Assembly (NCBI GenBank): GCA_964016885.1
Contig: OZ024740.1
Span: forward strand, 418,376,001-418,440,000
Direction of reading: 5' to 3'
Source: Eledone cirrhosa
Taxonomy: Eukaryota
Length of the DNA: 64,000 nt
Part shown: piece by piece, positions 50,601 through 64,000 of the stretch
Position numbering within the stretch: the first letter of the stretch is position 1
Layout: each line of letters begins with the position of its first letter
Notes under the pieces: generated by a model
What the model was told of the DNA's origin: nothing
Seen by the model: the letters and a program-made list of their open reading frames with translations, nothing else
Databases searched by the model: none
Translations under genes and position numbers: made by a program

Positions 50601-53600
50601 ATTACACTGTATATTTGGTTCCATAAGTTATGTCTAAACCATACAGTAATATTGCACTACACTGCATATTTGGTTCCATAAGTTATGTCTAAGCCATACA
50701 TCAATATTGCACTACACTGCATATTTGGTTCCATAAGTTATGTCTAAACCATACAGCAATATTGCATTACACTACATATTTGGTTCCATAAGTTATGTCT
50801 AGACCATACAGCAATATTGCACTACACTGCATATTTGGTTCCATAAGTTATGTCTAAACCATACAGCAAAATTGCACTGCACTGCATATTTGGTTCCATA
50901 AGTTATGTCTAAACCATACAGCAATATTGCACTACACTGCATATTTGGTTCCATAAGTTATGTCTAAACCATACAGCAATATTGCACTACACTGCATATT
51001 TGGTTCCATAAGTTATGTCTAAACCATACAGCAATATTGCATTACACTGCATATTTGGTTCCATAAGTTATGTCTAAACCATACAGCAATATTGCATTAC
51101 ACTGCATATTTGGTTCCATAAGTTATTCTAAACCATACAGCAATATTGCACTACACTGCATATTTGGTTCCATAAGTTATGTCTAAACCATACAGCAATA
51201 TTGCATTACACTGCATATTTGGTTCCATAAGTTATGTCTAAACCATACAGCAATATTGCACTGCACTGCAGATTTGGTTCCATAAGTTATGTCTAAACCA
51301 TACAGCAATATTGCATTACACTGCATATTTGGTTCCATAAGTTATGTCTAAACCATACAGCAATATTGCACTGCACTGCATATTTGGTTACATAAGTTAT
51401 GTCTAAACCATACAACAATATTGCACTACACTGCATATTTGGTTCCATAAGTTATGTCTAAACGATACAGCAATATTGCACTGCACTGCAGATTTGGTTC
51501 CATAAGTTATGTCTAGACCATACAGCAATATTGCATTACACTGCATATTTGGTTCCATAAGTTATGTCTAAACCATACAGCAATATTGCATTATACTGCA
51601 TATTTGGTTCCATAAGTTATGTCTAAACCATACAGCAATATTGCATTACACTGCATATTTGGTTCCATAAGTTATGTCTAAACCATACAGCAATATTGCA
51701 TTACACTGCATATTTGGTTCCATAAGTTATGTCTAGACCATACATCAAAATTGCACTACACTGCATATTTGGTTCCATAAGTTATGTCTAAACCATACAG
51801 TAATATTGCACTACACTGCATATTTGGTTCCATAAGTTATGTCTAAACCATACAGCAATATTGCACTACACTGCATATTTGGTTCAATAAGTTATGTCTA
51901 AACCATACAGCAATATTGCATTACACTACATATTTGGTTCCCTAAGTTATGTCTAGACCATACAGCAATATTGCACTACACTGCATATTTGGTTCCATAA
52001 GTTATGTCTAAACCATACAGAAATATTGCACTGCATTGCATATTTGGTTCCATAGGTTATGTCTAAATCATACAGCAATATTGCATTACACTGCATATTT
52101 GGTCCCATAAGTTATGTCTAAACCATACAGCAATATTGCATTACACTACATATTTGGTTCCATAAGTTATGTCTAAACCATACAGCAATATTGCATTACA
52201 CTGCATATTTGGTTCCATAAGTTATGTCTAAACCATACAGCAATATTGCACTACACTGCATATTTGGTTCCATATGTTATGTCTAAACCATACAGCAATA
52301 TTGCACTACACTGCAGAGTTGGTTCCCTAAGTTATGTCTAAACCATACAGCAATATTGCACTACACTGCAGATTTGGTTCCCTAAGTTATGTCTAGACCA
52401 TACAACAATATTGCACTGCACTGCATATTTGGTTCCCTAAGTTATGTCTAAACCATACAGCAATATTGCACTGCACTGCATATTTGGTTCCATAAGTTAT
52501 GTCTAAACCATACAGCAATATTGCATTACACTACATATTTGGTTCCATAAGTTATGTCTAAACCATACAGCATTATTGCACTACACTGCATATTTGGTTC
52601 CATAAGTTATGTCTAAACCATACAGCAATATTGCATTACACTGCATATTTGGTTCCATAAGTTATGTCTAAACCATACGGCAATATTGCACTACACTGCA
52701 GATTTGGTTCCATAAGTTATGTCTAGACCATACAGCAATATTGCACTACACTGCAGATTTGGTTCCATAAGTTATGTCTAAACCATACGGCAATATTGCA
52801 CTACACTGCATATTTGGTTCCATAAGTTATGTCTAGACCATACAGCAATATTGCACTACACTGCAGATTTGGTTCCATAAGTTATGTCTAAACCATACAG
52901 CAATATTGCACTACACTGCATATTTGGTTCCATAAGTTATGTCTAGACCATACAGCAATATTGCACTACACTGCATATTTGGTTCCATAAGTTATGTCTA
53001 AACCATACAGCAATATTGCACTGCACTGCATATTTGGTTCCATAAGTTAAGTCTAAACCATACAGCATTATTGCATTACACTGCATACTTGGTTCCATAA
53101 GTTATGTCTAAACTATACAGCAATATTGCACTACACTGCATATTTGGTTCCATAAGTTATGTCTAAACCATACAGCAATATTGCACTACACTGCATATTT
53201 GGTTCCATAAGTTATGTCTAAACTATACAGCAATATTGCATTACACTGCATCTTTGGTTCCATAAGTTATGTCTAAACCATACAGCAATATTGCATTACA
53301 CTGCATATTTGGTTCCATAAGTTATGTCTAGATCATACAGCAATATTGCACTGCACTGCATATTGGTTCCATAAGTTATGTCTAGACCATACAACAATAT
53401 TGCACTATACTGCATATTTGGTTCCATAAGTTATGTCTAGACCATACAGCAATATTCCACTACACTGCATATTTGGTTCCATAAGTTATGTCTAGACCAT
53501 ACTGCAATATTGCACTGCACTGCATATTTGGTTCCATAAGTTATGTCTAAACCATACAGCAATATTGCACTACACTGCATATTTGGTTCCATAAGTTATG

Positions 53601-56600
53601 TCTAGACCATACAGCAATATTGCATTACACTGCATATTTGGTTCCATAAGTTATGTCTAGACCATACAGCAATATTGCACTACACTGCATATTTGGTTCC
53701 ATAAGTTATGTCTCGACCATACAGGAATATTGCACTACACTGCAGATTTGGTTCCATAAGTTATGTCTAAACCATACAGCAATATTGCACTACACTGCAG
53801 ATTTGGTTCCATAAGTTATGTCTAAACCATACAGCAATATTGCACTGCACCGCATATTTGGTTCCATAAGTTATGTCTAGACCATACAGCAATATTGCAC
53901 TGCACTGCATATTTGGTTCCATAAGTTATGTCTAAACCATACAGTAATATTGCACTACACATCATATTTGGTTCCATAAGTTATGTCTAAACCATACAGT
54001 AATATTGCACTACACTGCATATTTAGTTCCATAAGTTATGTCTAAACCATACAGCAATATTGCACTACACTGCATATTTGGTTCCATAAGTTATGTCTAG
54101 ACCATACAGCAATATTGCATTACACTGTATATTTGGTTCCATAAGTTATGTCTAAACCATACAGTAATATTGCACTACACTGCATATTTGGTTCCATAAG
54201 TTATGTCTAAGCCATACAGCAATATTGCACTACACTGCATATTTGGTTCCATAAGTTATGTCTAAACCATACAGCAATATTGCATTACACTACATATTTG
54301 GTTCCATAAGTTATGTCTAGACCATACAGCAATATTGCACTACACTGCATATTTGGTTCCATAAGTTATGTCTAAACCATACAGCAAAATTGCACTGCAC
54401 TGCATATTTGGTTCCATAAGTTATGTCTAAACCATACAGCAATATTGCACTACACTGCATATTTGGTTCCATAAGTTATGTCTAAACCATACAGCAATAT
54501 TGCACTACACTGCATATTTGGTTCCATAAGTTATGTCTAAACCATACAGCAATATTGCATTACACTGCATATTTGGTTCCATAAGTTATGTCTAAACCAT
54601 ACAGCAATATTGCATTACACTGCATATTTGGTTCCATAAGTTATTCTAAACCATACAGCAATATTGCACTACACTGCATATTTGGTTCCATAAGTTATGT
54701 CTAAACCATACAGCAATATTGCATTACACTGCATATTTGGTTCCATAAGTTATGTCTAAACCATACAGCAATATTGCACTGCACTGCAGATTTGGTTCCA
54801 TAAGTTATGTCTAAACCATACAGCAATATTGCATTACACTGCATATTTGGTTCCATAAGTTATGTCTAAACCATACAGCAATATTGCACTGCACTGCATA
54901 TTTGGTTACATAAGTTATGTCTAAACCATACAGCAATATTGCACTACACTGCATATTTGGTTCCATAAGTTATGTCTAAACCATACAGCAATATTACACT
55001 GCAATGCAGATTTGGTTCCATAAGTTATGTCTAGACCATACAGCAATATTGCATTACACTGCATATTTGGTTCCATAAGTTATGTCTAAACCATACAGCA
55101 ATATTGCATTATACTGCATATTTGGTTCCATAAGTTATGTCTAAACCATACAGCAATATTGCATTACACTGCATATTTGGTTCCATAAGTTATGTCTAAA
55201 CCATACAGCAATATTGCATTACACTGCATATTTGGTTCCATAAGTTATGTCTAGACCATACAGCAATATTGCACTACACTGCATATTTGGTTCCATAAGT
55301 TATGTCTAGACCATACAGGAATATTGCACTACACTGCATATTTGGTTCCATAAGTTATGTCTAAACCATACAGCAAAATTGCACTGCACTGCATATTTGG
55401 TTCCATAAGTTATGTCTAAACCATACAGCAATATTGCACTACACTGCATATTTGGTTCCATAAGTTATGTCTAAACCATACAGCAATATTGCACTACACT
55501 GCAGATTTGGTTCCATAAGTTATGTCTAAACCATACAGCAATATTGCACTACACTGCAGATTTGGTTCCATAAGTTATGTCTAAACCATACAGCAATATT
55601 GCACTGCACTGCATATTTGGTTCCATAAGTTATGTCTAGACCATACAGCAATATTGCACTGCACTGCATATTTGGTTCCATAAGTTATGTCTAAACCATA
55701 CAGTAATATTGCACTACACTGCATATTTGGTTCCATAAATTATGTCTAAACCATACAGTAATATTGCACTACACTGCATATTTGGTTCCATAAGTTATGT
55801 CTAAACCATACAGCAATATTGCACTACACTGCATATTTGGTTCAATAAGTTATGTCTAAACCATACAGCAATATTGCATTACACTACATATTTGGTTCCC
55901 TAAGTTATGTCTAGACCATACAGCAATATTGCACTACACTGCATATTTGGTTCCATAAGTTATGTCTAAACCATACAGAAATATTGCACTGCATTGCATA
56001 TTTGGTTCCATAGGTTATGTCTAAATCATACAGCAATATTGCATTACACTGCATATTTGCTCCCATAAGTTATGTCTAAACCATACAGCAATATTGCATT
56101 ACACTACATATTTGGTTCCATAAGTTATGTCTAAACCATACAGCAATATTGCATTACACTACTTATTTGGTTCCATAAGTTATGTCTAAACCATACAGTA
56201 ATATTGCACTACACATCATATTTGGTTCCATAAGTTATGTCTAAACCATACAGCAATATTGCTCTGCACTGCATATTTAGTTCCATAAGTTATGTCTAAA
56301 CCATACAGCAATATTGCACTACACTGCATATTTGGTTCCATAAGTTATGTCTAAACCATACAGCAATATTGCATTACACTACATATTTGGTTCCATAAGT
56401 TATGTCTAACCCATACAGCAATATTGCATTACACTACATATTTGGTTCCAAAAGTTATGTCTAGACCATACATCAATATTGCACTACACTGCATATTTGG
56501 TTCCATAAGTTATGTCTAAACCATACAGCAATATTGCACTGCACTGCATATTTGGTTCCATAAGTTATGTCTAAACCATACAGCAATATTGCACTGCACT

Positions 56601-59600
56601 GCAGATTTGGTTCCATAAGTTGTGTCTAAACCATACAGCAATATTGCACTGCACTGCATATTTGGTTCCATAAGTTATGTCTAAACCATACAGCAATATT
56701 GCATTACACTACATACTTGGTTCAATAAGTTATGTCTAAACCATACAGCATTATTGCACTACACTGCATATTTGGTTCCATAAGTTATGTGTAAACCATA
56801 CAGCAATATTGCATTACACTGCATATTTGGTTCCATAAGTTATGTCTAAACCATACGGCAATATTGCACTACACTGCATATTTGGTTCCATAAGTTATGT
56901 CTAAACCATACAGCAATATTGCACTATACTGCATATTTGGTTCCATAAGTTATGTCTAGACCATACAGCAATATTGCACTACACTGCATATTTGGTTCCA
57001 TAAGTTATGTCTAAACCATACAGCAATATTGCACTGCACTGCATATTTGGTTCCATAAGTTATGTCTAAACCATACAGCATTATTGCATCACACTGCATA
57101 TTTGGTTCCATAAGTTATGTCTAAACCATACAGCAATATTGCACTGCACTGCATATTTGGTTCCCTAAGTTATGTCTAAACCATACACCAATATTGCACT
57201 GCACTGCATATTTGGTTCCATAAGTTATGTCTAAACCATACAGCAATATTGCATTACACTGCATATTTGGTTCCATAAGTTATGTCTAAACCATACAGCA
57301 ATATTGCATTACACTGCATACTTGGTTCCATAAGTTATGTCTAAACTATACAGCAATATTGCACTACACTGCATATTTTGTTCCATAAGTTATGTCTAAA
57401 CCATACAGCAATATTGCACTACACTGCATATTTGGTTCCATAAGTTATGTCTAAACTATACAGCAATATTGCATTACACTGCATATTAGGTTCCATAAGT
57501 TATGTCTAAACCATACAGCAATATTGCATTACACTGCATATTTGGTTCCATAAGTTATGTCTAAACCATACAGCAATATTGCACTACACTGCATATTTGG
57601 TTCCATAAGTTATGTCTAAACCATACAGCAATATTGCATTACACTGCATATTTGGTTCCATAAGTTATGTCTAGACCATACAGCAATATTGCACTGCACT
57701 GCATATTTGGTTCCATAAGTTATGTCTAGACCATACAGCAATATTGCACTACACTGCATATTTGGTTCCATAAGATATGTCTAGACCATACAGCAATATT
57801 TTCTGCACTGCATATTTGGTTCCATAAGTTATGTCTAGACCATACAGCAATATTGCACTGCACTGCAAATTTGGTTTCATAAGTTATGTCTAAACCATAC
57901 AGCAATATTGCACTACACTGCATATTTGGTTCCATAATTATGTCTAAACCATACAGCAATATTGCACTACACTGCATATTTGGTTCCATAAGTTATGTCT
58001 AGACCATACAGCAATATTGCATTACACTGCATATTTGGTTCCATAAGTTATGTCTAGACCATACAGCAATATTGCACTACACTGCAGATTTGGTTCCATA
58101 AGTTATGTCTAAACCATACAGCAATATTGCACTACACTGCATATTTGGTTCCATAAGTTATGTCTAAACCATACAGCAATATTGCACTACACTGCATATT
58201 TGGTTCAATAAGTTATGTCTAAACCATACATCAATATTGCATTACACTACATATTTGGTTCCCTAAGTTATGTCTAGACCATACAGCAACATTGCACTAC
58301 ACTGCATATTTGGTTCCATAAGTTATGTCTAAACCATACAGAAATATTGCACTGCACTGCATATTTGGTTCCATAAGTTATGTCTAAACCATACAGCAAT
58401 ATTGCATTACACTGCATATTTGGTTCCATAAGTTATGTCTAAACCATACAGCAATATTGCATTACACTACATATTTGGTTCCATAAGTTATGTCTAAACC
58501 ATACAGCAATATTGCATTACACTACATATTTGGTTCCATAAGTTATATCTAAACCATACAGCAATATTGCACTACACTGCATATTTGGTTCCATATGTTA
58601 TGTCTAAACCATACAGCAATATTGCATTACACTACATATTGGGTTCCATAAGTTATGTCTAACCCATAAGCAATATTGCATTACACTACATATTTGGTTC
58701 CATAAGTTATGTCTAGACCATACAGCAATATTGCACTACACTGCATATTTGGTTCCATAAGTTATGTCTAAACCATACAGCAATATTGCACTGCACTGCA
58801 TATTTGGTTCCATAAGTTATGTCTAAACCATACAGCAATATTGCATTACACTACATACTTGGTTCCATAAGTTATGTCTAAACCATACAGCATTATTGCA
58901 CTGCACTGCATATTTGGTTCCATAAGTTATGTCTAAACCATACAGCAATATTGCATTACACTGCATATTTGGTTCCATAAGTTATGTGTAAACGATACAG
59001 CAATATTGCATTACACTGCATACTTGGTTCCATAAGTTATGTCTAAACTATACAGCAATATTGCACTACACTGCATATTTGGTTCCATAAGTTATGTCTA
59101 AACCATACAGCAATATTCCACTACACTGCATATTTGGTTCCATAAGTTATGTCTAGACCATACAGCAATATTGCACTGCACTGCATATTTGGTTCCATAA
59201 GTTATGTCTAGACCATACAGCAATATTGCACTACACTGCATATTTGGTTCCATAAGTTATGTCTAGACCATACAGCAATATTGCATTACACTGCATATTT
59301 GGTTCCATAAGTTATGTCTAAACCATACAGCAATATTGCACTACACTGCATATTTGGTTCCATAAGGTATGTCTAGACCATACAGCAATATTGCATTACA
59401 CTGCATATTTGGTTCCATAAGTTATGTCTAGACCATACAGCAATATTGCATTACACTGCATATTTGGTTCCATAAGTTATGTCTAGACCATACAGCAATA
59501 TTGCATTACACTGCATATTTGGTTCCATAAGTTATGTCTAGACCATACAGCAATATTGCACTACACTGCATATTTGGTTCCATAAGTTATGTCTAGACCA

Positions 59601-62600
59601 TACAGGAATATTGCACTACACTGCAGATTTGGTTCCATAAGTTATGTCTAGACCATACAGCAATATTGCACTGCACTGCATATTTGGTTCCATAAGTTAT
59701 GTCTAAACCATACAGTAATATTGCACTACACTGCATATTTGGTTCCATAAGTTATGTCTAAACCATACAGCAATATTGCACTGCACTGCATATTTGGTTC
59801 CATAAGTTATGTCTAAACCATACAGCAATATTGCATTACACTGCATATTTGGTTCCATAAGTTATGTCTAAACCATACAGCAATATTGCACTGCACTGCA
59901 TATTTGGTTCCCTAAGTTATGTCTAAACCATACAGCAATATTGCACTGCACTGCATATTTGGTTCCATAAGTTATGTCTAAACCATACAGCAATATTGCA
60001 TTACACTACATACTTGGTTCCATAAGTTATGTCTAAACCATACAGCATTATTGCACTACACTGCATATTTGGTTCCATAAGTTATGTGTAAACCATACAG
60101 CAATATTGCATTACACTGCATATTTGGTTCATAAGTTATGTCTAAACCATACGGCAATATTGCACTACACTGCATATTTGGTTCCATAAGTTATGTCTAA
60201 ACCATACAGCAATATTGCACTACACTGCATATTTGGTTCCATAAGTTATGTCTAGACCATACAGCAATATTGCACTACACTGCATATTTGGTTCCATAAG
60301 TTATGTCTAAACCATACAGCAATATTGCACTGCACTGCATATTTGGTTCCATAAGTTATGTCTAAACCATACAGCATTATTGCATCACACTGCATATTTG
60401 GTTCCATAAGTTATGTCTAAACCATACAGCAATATTGCACTGCACTGCATATTTGGTTCCCTAAGTTATGTCTAAACCATACAGCAATATTGCACTTCAC
60501 TGCATATTTCGTTCCATAAGTTATGTCTAAACCATACAGCAATATTGCATTACACTGCATATTTGGTTCCATAAGTTATGTCTAAACCATACAGCAATAT
60601 TGCATTACACTGCATACTTGGTTCCATAAGTTATGTCTAAACTATACAGCAATATTGCACTACACTGCATATTTGGTTCCATAAGTTATGTCTAAACCAT
60701 ACAGCAATATTCCACTACACTGCATATTTGGTTCCATAAGTTATGTCTAGACCATACAGCAATATTGCACTGCACTGCATATTTGGTTCCATAAGTTATG
60801 TCTAGACCATACAGCAATAGTGCACTACACTGCATATTTGGTTCCATAAGTTATGTCTAGACCATACAGCAATATTGCATTACACTGCATATTTGGTTCC
60901 ATAAGTTATGTCTAAACCATACAGCAATATTGCACTACACTGCATATTTGGTTCTATAAGTTATGTCTAGACCATACAGCAATATTGCATTACACTGCAT
61001 ATTTGGTTCCATAAGTTATGTCTAAACCATACAGCAATATTCCACTGCACTGCATATTTGGTTCCATAAGTTATGTCTAGACCATACAGCAATATTGCAC
61101 TGCACTGCATATTTGGTTCCATAAGTTATGTCTAGACCGTACATCAATATTGCACTACACTGCATATTTGGTTCCATAAGTTATGTCTAGACCATACAGC
61201 AATATTGCATTACACTGCATATTTGGTTCCATAAGTTATGTCTAAACCATACAGCAATATTGCACTACACTGCATATTTGGTTCCATAAATTATGTCTAG
61301 ACCATACATCAATATTGCATTACACTGCATATTTGGTTCCATAAGTTATGTCTAGACCATACAGCAATATTGCATTACACTGCATATTTGGTTCCATAAG
61401 TTATGTCTAGACCATACAGCAATATTGCATTACACTGCATATTTGGTTCCATAAGTTATGTCTAGACCATACAGCAATATTGCACTACACTGCATATTTG
61501 GTTCCATAAGTTATGTCTAGACCATACAGGAATATTGCACTACACTGCAGATTTGGTTCCATAAGTTATGTCTAGACCATACAGCAATATTGCACTGCAC
61601 TGCATATTTGGTTCCATAAGTTATGTCTAAACCATACAGTAATATTGCACTACACATCATATTTGGTTCCATAAGTTATGTCTAAACCATACAGTATATT
61701 GCACTACACTGCATATTTAGTTCCATAAGTTATGTCTAAACCATACAGCAATATTGCACTACACTGCATATTTGGTTCCATAAGTTATGTCTAAACCATT
61801 CAGCAATATTGCATTACACTACATATTTGGTTCCATAAGTTATGTCTAGACCATACAGCAATATTGCATTACACTGTATATTTGGTTCCATAAGTTATGT
61901 CTAACCCATACAGCAATATTGCATTACACTACATATTTGGTTCCATAAGTTATGTCTAGACCATACAGCAATATTGCACTACACTGCATATTTGGTTCCA
62001 TAAGTTATGTCTAAACCATACAGCAATATTGCACTGCACTGCATATTTGGTTCCATAAGTTATGTCTAAACCATACAGCAATATTGCATTACACTGCATA
62101 TTTGGTTCCATAAGTTATGTCTAAACCATACAGCAATATTGCACTGCACTGCATATTTGGTTCCCTAAGTTATGTCTAAACCATACAGCAATATTGTACT
62201 GCACTGCATATTTGGTTCCATAAGTTATGTCTAAACCATACAGCAATATTGCATTACACTACATACTTGGTTCCATAAGTTATGTCTAAACCATACAGCA
62301 TTATTGCACTACACTGCATATTTGGTTCCATAAGTTATGTGTAAACCATACAGCAATATTGCATTACACTGCATATTTGGTTCCATAAGTTATGTCTAAA
62401 CCATACGGCAATATTGCACTACACTGCATATTTGGTTCCATAAGTTATGTCTAAACCATACAGCAATATTGCACTACACTGCATATTTGGTTCCATAAGT
62501 TATGTCTAGACCATACAGCAATATTGCACTACACTGCATATTTGGTTCCATAAGTTATGTCTAAACCATACAGCAATATTGAACTGCACTGCATATTTGG

Positions 62601-64000
62601 TTCCATAAGTTATGTCTAAACCATACAGCATTATTGCATCACACTGCATATTTGGTTCCATAAGTTATGTCTAAACCATACAGCAATATTGCACTGCACT
62701 GCATATTTGGTTCCCTAAGTTATGTCTAAACCATACAGCAATATTGCATTACACTACATATTGGGTTCCATAAGTTATGTCTAACCCATAAGCAATATTG
62801 CATTACACTACATATTTGGTTCCATAAGTTATGTCTAGACCATACAGCAATATTGCACTACACTGCATATTTGGTTCCATAAGTTATGTCTAAACCATAC
62901 AGCAATATTGCACTGCACTGCATATTTGGTTCCATAAGTTATGTCTAAACCATACAGCAATATTGCATTACACTACATACTTGGTTCCATAAGTTATGTC
63001 TAAACCATACAGCATTATTGCACTGCACTGCATATTTGGTTCCATAAGTTATGTCTAAACCATACAGCAATATTGCATTACACTGCATATTTGGTTCCAT
63101 AAGTTATGTCTAAACCATACAGCAATATTGCATTACACTGCATACTTGGTTCCATAAGTTATGTCTAAACTATACAGCAATATTGCACTACACTGCATAT
63201 TTGGTTCCATAAGTTATGTCTAAACCATACAGCAATATTCCACTACACTGCATATTTGGTTCCATAAGTTATGTCTAGACCATACAGCAATATTGCACTG
63301 CACTGCATATTTGGTTCCATAAGTTATGTCTAGACCATACAGCAATATTGCACTACACTGCATATTTGGTTCCATAAGTTATGTCTAGACCATACAGCAA
63401 TATTGCATTACACTGCATATTTGGTTCCATAAGTTATGTCTAAACCATACAGCAATATTGCACTACACTGCATATTTGGTTCCATAAGGTATGTCTAGAC
63501 CATACAGCAATATTGCATTACACTGCATATTTGGTTCCATAAGTTATGTCTAGACCATACAGCAATATTGCATTACACTGCATATTTGGTTCCATAAGTT
63601 ATGTCTAGACCATACAGCAATATTGCATTACACTGCATATTTGGTTCCATAAGTTATGTCTAGACCATACAGCAATATTGCACTACACTGCATATTTGGT
63701 TCCATAAGTTATGTCTAGACCATACAGGAATATTGCACTACACTGCAGATTTGGTTCCATAAGTTATGTCTAGACCATACAGCAATATTGCACTGCACTG
63801 CATATTTGGTTCCATAAGTTATGTCTAAACCATACAGTAATATTGCACTACACTGCATATTTGGTTCCATAAGTTATGTCTAAACCATACAGCAATATTG
63901 CACTGCACTGCATATTTGGTTCCATAAGTTATGTCTAAACCATACAGCAATATTGCATTACACTGCATATTTGGTTCCATAAGTTATGTCTAAACCATAC
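35681..64000. repeat. 55-bp tandem satellite, about 515 copies, runs off the right edge
   Basis: Monomer TTTGGTTCCATAAGTTATGTCTA(G/A)ACCATACAGCAATATTGCA(C/T)TACACTGCA(T/G)A; period 55 (36101 to 36156); degenerate left edge to about 36060. Confidence 0.99.

Noticed and set aside
1-64000. Satellites as CRISPR arrays
   Set aside because: Monomers are contiguous with no unique spacers, there are no cas genes, and the context is eukaryotic.

Overview
Eukaryotic, repeat-dominated DNA with no recognisable host protein-coding gene, rRNA, functional tRNA or CRISPR array. The SINE families resemble octopus/coleoid SINEs as I remember them; this is an inference, not a database result. About 60% of the window is three tandem satellites: 58 bp (1-6665, about 115 copies), 43 bp (7210-10996, about 88 copies) and 55 bp (35681 to the window end, about 515 copies, with kilobase-scale internal duplications). 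Between them lies about 25 kb of transposon debris anchored on (TA)n, (TG)n and (ATGT)n microsatellites. It includes a 5'-truncated RTE-clade LINE with a PHD-type finger inside its RT, a CR1/L2-group LINE with an apparent -1 frameshift signal at the ORF1/ORF2 junction, tRNA-derived SINEs in both orientations, a decayed Tc1/mariner transposase, a CRE-like endonuclease remnant, a piggyBac-type MITE and several foldback palindromes. It also holds three copies of a roughly 200-bp non-coding element carrying a minimal hammerhead ribozyme. The best leads are the hammerhead element, the LINE frameshift signal, the PHD-in-RT insertion and a possible shared ancestry of the two flanking satellites. All alignments were done by eye and boundaries of decayed elements are approximate.
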